Shown here piece by piece: positions 35,396 through 44,606 of a stretch of DNA of 64,000 nucleotides (positions are counted from its first letter, which is position 1; each line of letters opens with the position of its first letter). Origin of the DNA: Bacteroidales bacterium. Lineage in GTDB: Bacteria; Bacteroidota; Bacteroidia; Bacteroidales; WCHB1-69. The notes under the pieces were generated by a model. It was given only the letters and a program-made list of their open reading frames with translations, searched no databases and was not told where the DNA came from. A program made the translations under genes and the position numbers. The stretch covers positions 2,963 through 66,962 of the forward strand of contig JAGBPS010000022.1 in NCBI GenBank assembly GCA_017633255.1. The letters are read 5' to 3'.

Positions 35396-36700
35396 ATGGG
35401 CAAATTTGTCATTCAAGGCGGTCGGAAACTGAAAGGGGAGATTGTCCCCCAGGGAGCCAAAAACGAGGCGTTGCAGGTACTGTGCGCTGTGCTGCTGACT
35501 AACGAGCCAGTGGTAATTTCCAATGTTCCCGCTATCCGTGATGTACACCGACTGATGGAAATTCTTTCCGCTATAGGGGTGGAAATCTCTCCGTTATCTT
35601 CCGATACTTTTAAGTTTCATGCGGAAAATATCAATCTCGACTTCCTGAAATCTCCGGAATTCATCCGTTTGTCAGGGGCTATACGAGCTTCCATCATGAT
35701 TCTGGGACCGCTCTTGGGTCGCTTCGGCAAAGCTTATTCCGCCAAGCCAGGTGGCGACAAGATTGGTCGTCGCCCGCTGACCACCCACTTCGAGGGTTTT
35801 GCGAACTTGGGAGCTACGGTGACCTTGACCGATGAAAATATTTATGAGCTGAGTGCCAGTCCTTTGAAGGGTACTTATATGTTGCTGAATGAGGCTTCTG
35901 TGACTGGTACAGCCAATATCGTGATGGCAGCGGTCAGAGCCAAGGGAACCACTACCATTTTCAATGCGGCCTGCGAGCCGTATCTGTATCAGCTGTGTAC
36001 CATGCTGAACAAAATGGGAGCGAAAATCAGCGGTATCGGCTCCAACTTGCTGACCATTGAAGGAGTGGATGAATTGCACGGTTGTGAGCACCGTATCTTG
36101 CCCGACATGATTGAAGTGGGCAGCTTTATGGGTATGGCTGCCATCACGGGATCGGAAATCACCATCAAGGATTGTGCGGTTAAACATCTGGGTATCATTC
36201 CTTATACTTTTTCAAAACTGGGTGTGAAATTTGACATCAAAGGAGATGATATTGTGATTCCTGAACATCAGGAATATGAAATCGAAACCAATATGGATGG
36301 TTCTATCCTGACCATTGCAGATGCTCCGTGGCCCGGCTTTACCCCCGACTTGATCAGTATCGCGTTGGTGACGGCTATTCAGGCTAAGGGTAGCGTGCTC
36401 ATCCATCAGAAAATGTTCGAGAGCCGTTTGTTTTTTGTGGACAAACTGCAGGAAATGGGAGCGCAGATTATCCTGTGTGACCCGCATCGTGCCACGGTGA
36501 TCGGCTTGAATCACAAGTACCGTTTGCGTGCCACCACCATGGCTTCGCCGGATATCCGTGCGGGTGTGGCCCTGCTGATTGCGGCCCTGTCGGCCGAAGG
36601 TACCAGCATCATCCAGAATGTGGAGCAGATTGACCGCGGTTATCAGCATATTGTGGAACGACTGAATGCGCTGGGTGCGGCTATCATCCGGGAAGCATAA
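35396..36700 (+). CDS. murA: UDP-N-acetylglucosamine 1-carboxyvinyltransferase
   Basis: 434 aa. Motifs GAKNEALQVLCAVLL and KPGGDKIGRRPL. Confidence 0.95.
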   Translation: MGKFVIQGGRKLKGEIVPQGAKNEALQVLCAVLLTNEPVVISNVPAIRDVHRLMEILSAIGVEISPLSSDTFKFHAENINLDFLKSPEFIRLSGAIRASIMILGPLLGRFGKAYSAKPGGDKIGRRPLTTHFEGFANLGATVTLTDENIYELSASPLKGTYMLLNEASVTGTANIVMAAVRAKGTTTIFNAACEPYLYQLCTMLNKMGAKISGIGSNLLTIEGVDELHGCEHRILPDMIEVGSFMGMAAITGSEITIKDCAVKHLGIIPYTFSKLGVKFDIKGDDIVIPEHQEYEIETNMDGSILTIADAPWPGFTPDLISIALVTAIQAKGSVLIHQKMFESRLFFVDKLQEMGAQIILCDPHRATVIGLNHKYRLRATTMASPDIRAGVALLIAALSAEGTSIIQNVEQIDRGYQHIVERLNALGAAIIREA

Positions 36701-36715
36701 CTTTATTGGACTGTT

Positions 36716-37459
36716 ATGATTAGAAAATTTATCGAGACTTTCGGAGAATATTTCATGTTTCTGGGCAAGGTGTTTACCAAGCCCGGAAAGTGGAAGGTTT
36801 TCTCCCGGAAACTTATCTATGAGATGGATGCCATGGGCATCGGTTCATTGCTGATTGTCAGCATCGTGTCCATCACCTTGGGTAGCGTTATCACCATGCA
36901 GACCGCCATGCAGATTGAAAGCAACTGGATTCCGAAGTGGTGCGTGGGTTACATTGTGAAGACCTCTGCGGTCATGGAACTTTGTCCCACCATCATCAGC
37001 TTGCTGCTGGTCGGTAACCTGGGCTCACGTATTACGGCCGAGATTGGCAGTATGCGGGTTACGGAACAGATTGACGCTTTGGAGGTGATGGGTATCAATC
37101 CCGCTTCTTATCTGGTGCTGCCCAAGATTGTGGCCGCCGTCATCATGATTCCTTTGCTGATAATTGTCAGTATTTTCTTCGCTTTGTCAGGTGGCTATGT
37201 CACCGTTCTCCTGACGGGCTCTGTGTCCACCTATGACTTTGTGGACGGTATGACTTCCTTCTTCCGTATGTACGACATCTTTTACGCACTGACCAAAACT
37301 TTTATTTTTGCCTTTGTAATATCTTCTGTATCATCATTTTATGGATACAGAATTGATGGCGGTGCCTTGGAATTGGGTGAAGCCAGTACAAAAGGAATTG
37401 TGGTGGCCAGTTTTGTGATTCTGATTCTCAATATGGTGGTTACACAGATTATGCTTTAA
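36716..37459 (+). CDS. mlaE: MlaE-family ABC transporter permease
   Basis: 247 aa, 5-6 TM helices. GSMRVTEQIDALEVMGINP is the MlaE signature. Confidence 0.85.
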   Translation: MIRKFIETFGEYFMFLGKVFTKPGKWKVFSRKLIYEMDAMGIGSLLIVSIVSITLGSVITMQTAMQIESNWIPKWCVGYIVKTSAVMELCPTIISLLLVGNLGSRITAEIGSMRVTEQIDALEVMGINPASYLVLPKIVAAVIMIPLLIIVSIFFALSGGYVTVLLTGSVSTYDFVDGMTSFFRMYDIFYALTKTFIFAFVISSVSSFYGYRIDGGALELGEASTKGIVVASFVILILNMVVTQIML

Positions 37460-37477
37460 TTTTCAAACTGAAAGAAG

Positions 37478-38242
37478 ATGATAGAAGTTAAGAATGTTTC
37501 GAAATATTTTGGCGAGAAGCAGGTGCTGAAAAATATCACCACGCAGTTTGAGGAAGGCAAAGTCAACCTGATTATTGGTCGTTCTGGTTCCGGCAAAACC
37601 GTGATGATGAAATGTCTGGTGGGGCTTCATACTCCTGATGAAGGTGAGATACTATACAATGACAGGGCTTTCAGACGTCTGTCGGAGAAAGAGAAACGTG
37701 ATCTGCGTGCCGATATGGGCATGGTGTTCCAGGGTTCTGCATTGTTCGATTCCATGACCATTGAGGAGAATGTGCGTTTCCCGTTGGATATGCTGAAAGA
37801 TATGGAATATGGAGAGAAAATGGAGCGTGTGAATTTCTGCCTGAAGCGTGTGGATTTGGAAAATACCAACAAACTGTTTCCTGATGAGTTGAGTGGCGGT
37901 ATGAAGAAACGCGCCGCTATTGCCCGTGCCATTGCCTGCAATCCCAAGTACTTGTTCTGCGATGAGCCCAACTCCGGTTTGGATCCGAAGACCTCTTTAA
38001 TCATTGATGACCTGATTTTTGACATTACCCATGAATTTGGCATCACCACGGTGGTGAATACCCACGACCTGAACTCGGTGATTACGATAGGGGAGACCAT
38101 CTCTTACATTTACGAGGGTAACCTGGCTTGGGTAGGCACCATGAATAATGTGCTGACCTCCGATAACAAACTGTTGAATGAGTTCATCTATGCCCAACCC
38201 CTGACACAAAGAATAAGACAGGTGTCAGGTGTTAGTGATTAG
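37478..38242 (+). CDS. mlaF: ABC transporter ATP-binding protein (MlaF-like)
   Basis: 254 aa. Walker A GRSGSGKT, LSGGMKKR and LFCDEP. The last codons lie inside the heptamer array. Confidence 0.88.
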   Translation: MIEVKNVSKYFGEKQVLKNITTQFEEGKVNLIIGRSGSGKTVMMKCLVGLHTPDEGEILYNDRAFRRLSEKEKRDLRADMGMVFQGSALFDSMTIEENVRFPLDMLKDMEYGEKMERVNFCLKRVDLENTNKLFPDELSGGMKKRAAIARAIACNPKYLFCDEPNSGLDPKTSLIIDDLIFDITHEFGITTVVNTHDLNSVITIGETISYIYEGNLAWVGTMNNVLTSDNKLLNEFIYAQPLTQRIRQVSGVSD

Positions 38243-38302
38243 GTGTTAGATGACAGGAAACAGTATACTAACCCCTAATCCCTATAACCTAACACCTAGA
38301 AT
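38219..38302 (+). repeat. Heptamer array (12 units) spanning the mlaF 3' end, its stop codon and the whole spacer to the cvpA ATG
   Basis: CAGGTGT CAGGTGT TAGTGAT TAGGTGT(real stop 38240) TAGATGA CAGGAAA CAGTATA CTAACCC CTAATCC CTATAAC CTAACAC CTAGAAT. Confidence 0.88.
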
Positions 38303-38840
38303 GAACTGGCTTGACATCGTCATATTGATTCCCACCGCCTGGTACGCATACAAGGGCTTGAAAAACGGCCTGATATGCGAATTGGCGTCCATTATCGCAT
38401 TGATTCTGGGTGTCTGGGCCACGGTGCATTATTCCGATGTGCTGGCGGCACGAATGGGCGAAGGTCAAACCTATAAAATCATCGCGTTTGCGGGCATTTT
38501 CATCGCCACGCTGGTACTGGTTCATTTTGCCGGAAAACTCATGGAGAAAGTCGTAAAACTGATGATTCCGGGCTTCTGGAACAATTTGGCAGGCTTGCTT
38601 TTCGGTGTGGCCAAGGTAGTTATTGTTTTCAGTGTGCTGCTGATGTTCATTGAGAAAGTGGACACGAAACAGGTTATCTTGAAACCCAAATTCAAAACCG
38701 AATCATTCACCTACAAATATGTGGAACCCGTCGCCCCCTTCCTCACAGACTGGTATTCAGATGTCAGAGGACAGGTGTCAGGGGATAGTGAACGGGAGAA
38801 CGAGGATACAGGGTGCCTCGAAGAGGCAACACCTCAATAA
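38301..38840 (+). CDS. cvpA: CvpA-family membrane protein
   Basis: Track ORF 38250..38840 trimmed to ATG 38301 (MNWLDIVILIPTAWYAYKGLKNG). The last 9 codons (GCLEEATPQ) are supplied by a hairpin repeat element. Confidence 0.8.
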   Translation: MNWLDIVILIPTAWYAYKGLKNGLICELASIIALILGVWATVHYSDVLAARMGEGQTYKIIAFAGIFIATLVLVHFAGKLMEKVVKLMIPGFWNNLAGLLFGVAKVVIVFSVLLMFIEKVDTKQVILKPKFKTESFTYKYVEPVAPFLTDWYSDVRGQVSGDSERENEDTGCLEEATPQ

Positions 38841-38860
38841 CCCCATACGTCAGTATGGGG
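38815..38860 (+). repeat. Hairpin element, copy A (GCCTC-GAA-GAGGC .. AATAA CCCCATAC-gtca-GTATGGGG)
   Basis: Hairpin 1 lies inside the last cvpA codons and hairpin 2 starts right after the stop. A partial second hairpin-1 copy is at 38888-38900. Confidence 0.8.
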
Positions 38861-38924
38861 TGGGTGAACAATCTCTGTCATCGTCAAGCCTCGAAGAGGC
38901 AACACTATCAATAGAAACTGTATA

Positions 38925-39212
38925 ATGAAAAATAACGAGCAACTCCTCAAAGACCTCCTCCAGCAGTTTATCGACAAGTCGGGCAGACAGCGGCTTTACG
39001 ATGAGCGGCGGGTGTTGTCGTTGTGGACTGAGGTGGTGGAGCCGGTGGTTGCCCAAAATACCCAGTGCAAGGACATCAAGAACGGGGTACTGACGGTGAA
39101 AGTCACCAACGCAGCCCTCAGATTTGAATTGTTAGCCCGCAAGAGCGAAATCATCCGCCGCCTCAACGACCGCCTCGGCGTGGAAGTGGTGAAGGATGTG
39201 ATTTTCAGGTAA
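38925..39212 (+). CDS. DUF721 (DciA-like) domain protein
   Basis: 95 aa. LWTEVVEPVVAQNTQCKDIKNGVLTVKVTNAALRFELLARKSEIIRRLN fits DUF721. Confidence 0.7.
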   Translation: MKNNEQLLKDLLQQFIDKSGRQRLYDERRVLSLWTEVVEPVVAQNTQCKDIKNGVLTVKVTNAALRFELLARKSEIIRRLNDRLGVEVVKDVIFR

Positions 39213-39232
39213 AAAATGCAAAACATCAAGCA

Positions 39233-40441
39233 ATGGAGACCTATCGTTTTAGAAAAGGAATACATCGGTTGCCAGGCAAGGTGATACATCATGTGCCGAT
39301 GCCCGAACCACAGGTGGTGGAAGGCCACCAGTCAAGGGTGAAAATCGGCGAGATTTGCAAGCAGTGTGGCTATAAGCAGGTGCTGTTAGTGACTGACGAG
39401 ACTCTCCATAAACTCGGTTACGACCAGGCAATAATGCAATCTCTTGATGCCGCTGGGGTGTCTTGTACCTTGTTTGCCGACATCAACTCCGAACCGACTA
39501 TTGACTTGATTGATGCAGGTCGCGAGGCGGCTTTTGCTTGCCATGCCGAGTGCGTGATTGCATTAGGTGGTGGTTCAGTGCTGGATACCTGTAAAATGAT
39601 TGCCGCTGGTGTGCGCTTGCCCAATCTAAGAACAAGAGCCCTATTACTCAAATTCTTGGTGGTGCCAAGCAAAACCTTGCCGATGATTACCGTGCCTTCG
39701 ACGGCAGGTACGGGCGCAGAGGTAACTGTAGGTGCGGTCGTGACCAATGCACGAGGCACGAAAGGATCCACCGTGATTGTCGGTTTGGATATTACTCATG
39801 TTATCCTCGACAGCGAGCTCACTATCCATGCTCCACAATTGGTAACTGCCGCTTGCGGCATGGATGCCCTCAGCCACGTGGTGGAGGGAACGGTGGGTGA
39901 TGTAGCGGTTGATGTGGAAGACGCCTATTATTCTATAGAGGGTGTGCGGCTGATATTGCAACACCTTCCTGTGGTGATGCGGGAACCGGAGAATATTGAG
40001 TCGCGACTGGCCATGTGCCGTGCTGCTATGTATGGGGGGAATGCCATCAACAAGCAGCTGGCAGGCTATGTGCATGCTTTCGCCCACAGTATTGGAGCTA
40101 TGTATCATATTCCTCATGGACAAGCGATTACGCTGATGATGTTGCCTGTGCTTCGTTACCAGATGAAGGCTTGCCAAAGGAAATATGCACTGCTGGCACG
40201 ATATTGTCAGTTGGCGAATGAAAATACTACTGACCATGAAGCCGCCGAAAAATTTCTGCAAACCATTGCGCGGTTGATTGTGGAATGTGGTATGGATAAG
40301 TTGGTTTCCCCAGTGAAACCAGATGATTTTGAAGCTCTGATTCACATGGTGGCCAAGGATTCCATCAATTATTCAGCCCCCATGACGTTTAGCAACGAGG
40401 ATATAGAACAAGTGTTGAAAATGGTTACAGTTTCTGATTAG
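39233..40441 (+). CDS. Iron-containing (group III) alcohol dehydrogenase
   Basis: 402 aa. Contains IALGGGSVLDTCK, a His-rich metal site (HAFAHSIGAMYHIPHG) and STAGTGAE. Confidence 0.85.
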   Translation: METYRFRKGIHRLPGKVIHHVPMPEPQVVEGHQSRVKIGEICKQCGYKQVLLVTDETLHKLGYDQAIMQSLDAAGVSCTLFADINSEPTIDLIDAGREAAFACHAECVIALGGGSVLDTCKMIAAGVRLPNLRTRALLLKFLVVPSKTLPMITVPSTAGTGAEVTVGAVVTNARGTKGSTVIVGLDITHVILDSELTIHAPQLVTAACGMDALSHVVEGTVGDVAVDVEDAYYSIEGVRLILQHLPVVMREPENIESRLAMCRAAMYGGNAINKQLAGYVHAFAHSIGAMYHIPHGQAITLMMLPVLRYQMKACQRKYALLARYCQLANENTTDHEAAEKFLQTIARLIVECGMDKLVSPVKPDDFEALIHMVAKDSINYSAPMTFSNEDIEQVLKMVTVSD

Positions 40442-40453
40442 AAAATATATCGT

Positions 40454-41398
40454 ATGAAATTCAAACTTAACATTAAAGAGCGTTGGCAGCGTTTCAAGGT
40501 ATGGAGGGAGCAGCCTTCCCAAATGACTCCGTTATCAGAGGATTCTCACGAATGTGAGTGTTGCCATACAAGTTTCCAGGGCAATTACTGTCCCCGTTGT
40601 GGACAGTCGTGGCGTATAGGAAGATATTCTTTTAAAACGGCTATGCTGGGTTTCCTGAATGTGTGGGGACTGGGCAATCGTGGTATGTTTCGCACTATTC
40701 GTGACCTTATCTTGCGTCCCGGTTATATGATCCGCGACTATCTCAAGGGTATGCAGGCAGCCTATTTCCCTCCTTTTCAGATGTTCTTTGTACTGGCGGT
40801 GTTTTCCATTCTTGTAACGCATGGCTTTAATATAAAAATGGAAACCTATGCGGAGGACAAGAGTGTGGAATCCGTTGAGCGGTCTTTGAAGTTTAAAGCT
40901 AATCAAGATGTAACTGCCATTCCCCAAACTTCATCGCAGCAGGAGAACAAGGAAGGCACTTTCCTCAGTGATGAAAATAAAGAAAAAGCACATGATATTT
41001 TTACGGATTTGCTTGTTTATCTATCCTATTTTTCGGTGCGTTTCCCTAGTATTTTTTCTTTGCTTTTATTGATGTCTTTTTCTGGCGTCCTTTATCTGTT
41101 TTTCCGACATTGTCCCAATATCCCAGACCTCCGTTTCTCCGAGTTTTTTGTCTCGCTGGTATATGCCAATAATATGTACAGTATTTATTGCATCATCTTT
41201 GGCTTTCTCCGTCTGTCAATGTTGGTTTCATTAAGCATTTTGCTCGTGATTATTCCGTTAAAACAGTTGTCAGGATACTCATGGATTCGTATCGTTTTGA
41301 AAACCTGTGCGGCTTTTCTGCTGATGGTGCTGCTGGTAGTGGCAATCTTTTTCATCATAGATCTTTTGATAATGGGATATGTGGCGTTGAGGTACTAA
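40454..41398 (+). CDS. DUF3667-like membrane protein with N-terminal zinc ribbon
   Basis: 314 aa. CECCHTSFQGNYCPRCGQ followed by TM helices. Confidence 0.7.
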   Translation: MKFKLNIKERWQRFKVWREQPSQMTPLSEDSHECECCHTSFQGNYCPRCGQSWRIGRYSFKTAMLGFLNVWGLGNRGMFRTIRDLILRPGYMIRDYLKGMQAAYFPPFQMFFVLAVFSILVTHGFNIKMETYAEDKSVESVERSLKFKANQDVTAIPQTSSQQENKEGTFLSDENKEKAHDIFTDLLVYLSYFSVRFPSIFSLLLLMSFSGVLYLFFRHCPNIPDLRFSEFFVSLVYANNMYSIYCIIFGFLRLSMLVSLSILLVIIPLKQLSGYSWIRIVLKTCAAFLLMVLLVVAIFFIIDLLIMGYVALRY

Positions 41399-41430
41399 TT
41401 TTAAAGAATATAAAGATAATTCCTTAAGCA

Positions 41431-41515
41431 GCCTCGAAGAGGCAAGATTTTAATAACCCCGCACAAGCGATAGCGCAGTGTGGGGCACCGCACAAGGCGA
41501 AGCCGAAGTGTGGGG
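41431..41515 (+). repeat. Hairpin element, copy B (three hairpins)
   Basis: GCCTCGAAGAGGC aagattttaataa CCCCGCACaaGCGatagCGCaGTGTGGGG CACCGCACaaggcgaagccgaaGTGTGGGG. Confidence 0.85.
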
Positions 41516-41539
41516 AGTGTGAAACAAAAGAAATAAGCA

Positions 41540-41624
41540 GCCTCGAAGAGGCAAGATTTTAATAACCCCGCACAAGCGATAGCGCAGTGTGGGGCACCTC
41601 ACAAGGCGCAGCCGCAGTGTGGGG
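41540..41624 (+). repeat. Hairpin element, copy C (tandem, 109-bp period with copy B)
   Basis: Identical to B through hairpin 2. Hairpin 3 differs at 4 positions (CACCTCAC..GGCGCAGCCGCA..). Confidence 0.85.
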
Positions 41625-41638
41625 ATAAAAAGAAATAT

Positions 41639-43057
41639 ATGATATACACCGAACAAGAAATCAGCAATATCGTGGCGGCACAGCGGAAATATTTCCGTAC
41701 TGGTGCTACCCTTCCTGTGAAATGGAGAATCCAGCAACTCAAAAAGCTGAAAGAGGCTGTCATTGCCCATGAGGCTGAGTTTGAAGAGGCTTTGGCCAAA
41801 GACCTTGGCCGTAGCAAAGTGGAGGCATATCTTTGCGATGTGGGTCCCATTATTGTGGAAATCAATGAGATGATACATGGTCTGCGCCGCTGGGCACGCC
41901 CCGAGTGTCATTTTAGTGGATTGATGTGCTTTCCGAGCCTGTTCACCAAAGTTTATAAGATGCCTTATGGTGTTTCATTGGTTATCAGTCCCTTTAATTT
42001 TCCGTTCCTACTCACCATTGGTGTGGTGGCGGCGGCCATGTGCGGGGGCAACACAGCAGTCATTAAGGCCAGTTCCAAGTCAGCTGCTTGCACTGAGGTG
42101 CTGAAACGCTTCTTCGCGGAGGTGTTCCCACCCGAATATGTCACAGTGATTGACGGAGGCCATGATGTGGCGGATATGTGCCTGGCTCAGCGCTTTGACA
42201 AGATTTTCTACACGGGCTCGCCTGCAGTTGGTAAACATGTGTTGGCCGAGGCCGCCAAAAACCTGACCCCTGTCGCTTTGGAGTTGGGTGGCGAGACGGG
42301 CAACTGGTGTGTGGTGCGCAAAGATGCCGACTTGAAAGACGCAGCTCACAAAATAGCCTTCTTCAAATTGCTTAATGCGGGTCAGATATGCATCAACATC
42401 AATCAGATTGCGGTGGCCAAAGAGGTTGCGGAGCCGTTTTTGGAGGAATTGAAACAAGCCTTTATTTCGCTCATTGGCGAGGAGCCTGTAAGCAACCCTG
42501 AATATCCCAAACTTATCACGGCGACGGCCTACGACAAGTGTGCCAAGCTGGCTGATGAATACCGCGATCGCATTGTGTTTGGCGGGGTAGGCAACCGTGA
42601 TACGCAGCGCTATGCACCCACTATGATTTATCCCGTGAACATCAATGAGCACATCGTTCAGCACGAGCTCTTCTGTCCATTGCTCCCCATTGTTCCATTC
42701 AATGATGCGGAGGTGGATGCTCTGATGGAAACCATTGCCGACCGTGAGCATCCCTTGGCGATGTATCTTTTTACCAAAGATATGAAGTGGGCAAAGCGCA
42801 CCATGCAAACCCAGCAATATGGTGGTGGCTGTATCAACGAAGTGTGTATCCACATGATGGTGAAGGGAGTGCCTTTTAACGGCACGGGCCATTCCGGTAT
42901 GGGAGCCTACCATGGTGAGTGGGGCTTCCGCGAGTTCACCCATCCGCAAACGGTTCTCAAGGGCAGCACCCGTTTCAATCTTCCCCTCCGCGACCATCCA
43001 TACAGCGGCAAAGCGGAAGCCCTTAAAATGAAGATTCTGAAAGTATTTGAAAAATAG
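41639..43057 (+). CDS. Aldehyde dehydrogenase (class-3-like)
   Basis: 472 aa. ELGGETGNW (catalytic Glu region) and LNAGQICININ (catalytic Cys). Confidence 0.9.
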   Translation: MIYTEQEISNIVAAQRKYFRTGATLPVKWRIQQLKKLKEAVIAHEAEFEEALAKDLGRSKVEAYLCDVGPIIVEINEMIHGLRRWARPECHFSGLMCFPSLFTKVYKMPYGVSLVISPFNFPFLLTIGVVAAAMCGGNTAVIKASSKSAACTEVLKRFFAEVFPPEYVTVIDGGHDVADMCLAQRFDKIFYTGSPAVGKHVLAEAAKNLTPVALELGGETGNWCVVRKDADLKDAAHKIAFFKLLNAGQICININQIAVAKEVAEPFLEELKQAFISLIGEEPVSNPEYPKLITATAYDKCAKLADEYRDRIVFGGVGNRDTQRYAPTMIYPVNINEHIVQHELFCPLLPIVPFNDAEVDALMETIADREHPLAMYLFTKDMKWAKRTMQTQQYGGGCINEVCIHMMVKGVPFNGTGHSGMGAYHGEWGFREFTHPQTVLKGSTRFNLPLRDHPYSGKAEALKMKILKVFEK

Positions 43058-43061
43058 AAGT

Positions 43062-44531
43062 ATGAAAAAGCGGTCCTTTTTGCTTCATTTTTTAGCTTGT
43101 TGTCTCTTATATGGGGCAGTTTTCGTCGCGTGGGCAAATGGCGGGCCGATACGGAAATATTCCGCAATGACTCTTTCACCACAACCTGTGTCGGTATATG
43201 TTCCGGAAGTCCAATTGGTGGACGAATGTGTGAGTTTTACTCCGAATGACAGGTATATGGACGTGGTGGTGCGCTATCTGTTGCACAACCATTCTGACAG
43301 TTCTTTTGATAATCTTCCATACGGTTTTCCTATCGACTATTTTGGCAGCGGTTCGGCCCGATGGGATTATTTGAATGATTATAGTGAGGCAAGGCAGGAG
43401 GTGGGCTGGCGCGATGGTTATATCCGCAATCTTAGCTTTATGTTGGGAGAACGGCAACTTGCATGGCAGTGTTCCCAAGATACCATTATTGTTCCAAAGT
43501 CTTCCGCTACCCATGAAATCTCCCGCCGTTGGTTTTATACTTATTTGACTATTCCGGCTCAAAGTTTTGTGACTCTCGAGGTGCGTTATGAGGTGGAATG
43601 TACTCGAGCGGGGGATGTTAATGGAGTGATGAATAATCTGATTGAGCCTTATTGGGGAACCTTGGATTTTCAGTATGATTTTACTCCGGCGGCTTATTGG
43701 GGCGATGGTTATGCTGACCATTTTTTAATAGTACTTGACACAAGTGAAATTAAGATCACCAATGATGAATTACTTGTATCCGCAGAAAGGAATATCAATG
43801 AACTGCTGATGAAGCAGGATGGTCAATATTGGCGTTATGAGTGCAATCATTTTGCTTTGTCGAAAGCGGTTCCTTTTAACTTGTCTTTTTATTACAAAAA
43901 TGAGGGGTTGATTCAGCAGCCTCTTGACAAGATACTTACCCATCGCATTTCTCCTTCGGAATATAGTATTGAGGTAAGTGGTGTCAACGAGGGGTATCCT
44001 ATCTCAAATCTTAGTGATGCCAATCCCGCAACGGCGGCCATGCTTTTACCTGATAAAAACGACTCTGTTTATATCACTATCCGCTTTCATCAGCCCACAG
44101 TTTTGGAGGGAATGTTATTGCTGAATGGTTATACCAGAAGTGAAGAGGATTATCGAAATTATGCCCGTATTGATAGTTTGCTCATCACTGGCCAATGTTT
44201 CTATGTAACTACTTCTACGAATAATGATGGTGTCAGAGAAACCACTAATAACAGTGTGAAAATGCTGTTTGGAAGAGAGTCTTTCGATGCAAGGAACAAG
44301 AGCTTATTGCCGAGACCAAATAAATATGCGGGCCGTGATCCTGCGGGTTTTGATTGGCAGTCACTTTTCGATAGTGCTATGATGCTTAAATTGTCGGATG
44401 GAATAATGGGGAGAGACAACTATTATTCTGAGCTATATTATTCAGAAATACGCATTGTTATTACATCCACCTCCCCGGGCTTCAAATACAAAGACCTCTG
44501 TTTGTCAGAGATTGTTTTTGTTGGCAGGTGA
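43062..44531 (+). CDS. Secreted hypothetical protein
   Basis: The track ORF starts at TTG 43047. I prefer ATG 43062 (MKKRSFLLHFLACCLLYGAVFVAWA signal peptide), which removes the overlap with the ALDH gene. The N-terminal half vaguely resembles DUF4424, from memory only. Confidence 0.6.
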   Translation: MKKRSFLLHFLACCLLYGAVFVAWANGGPIRKYSAMTLSPQPVSVYVPEVQLVDECVSFTPNDRYMDVVVRYLLHNHSDSSFDNLPYGFPIDYFGSGSARWDYLNDYSEARQEVGWRDGYIRNLSFMLGERQLAWQCSQDTIIVPKSSATHEISRRWFYTYLTIPAQSFVTLEVRYEVECTRAGDVNGVMNNLIEPYWGTLDFQYDFTPAAYWGDGYADHFLIVLDTSEIKITNDELLVSAERNINELLMKQDGQYWRYECNHFALSKAVPFNLSFYYKNEGLIQQPLDKILTHRISPSEYSIEVSGVNEGYPISNLSDANPATAAMLLPDKNDSVYITIRFHQPTVLEGMLLLNGYTRSEEDYRNYARIDSLLITGQCFYVTTSTNNDGVRETTNNSVKMLFGRESFDARNKSLLPRPNKYAGRDPAGFDWQSLFDSAMMLKLSDGIMGRDNYYSELYYSEIRIVITSTSPGFKYKDLCLSEIVFVGR

Positions 44532-44542
44532 TGATGGTGAGT

Positions 44543-44588
44543 TGTCCAACGTAAAGTGCAGTTGAGCATGCTTGTTTCTGGTTGGACA
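44543..44588. terminator. Possible hairpin between convergent genes
   Basis: TGTCCAAC..30 nt..GTTGGACA. Large loop and no clean U-tract. Confidence 0.25.
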
Positions 44589-44606
44589 TTTGTTGGCACA
44601 AATTCA

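Noticed and set aside
41428-41630. Possible CRISPR array
   Set aside because: There are only two tandem 109-bp units with no unique spacers between short repeats, and no cas genes are nearby. They are duplicated hairpin elements.
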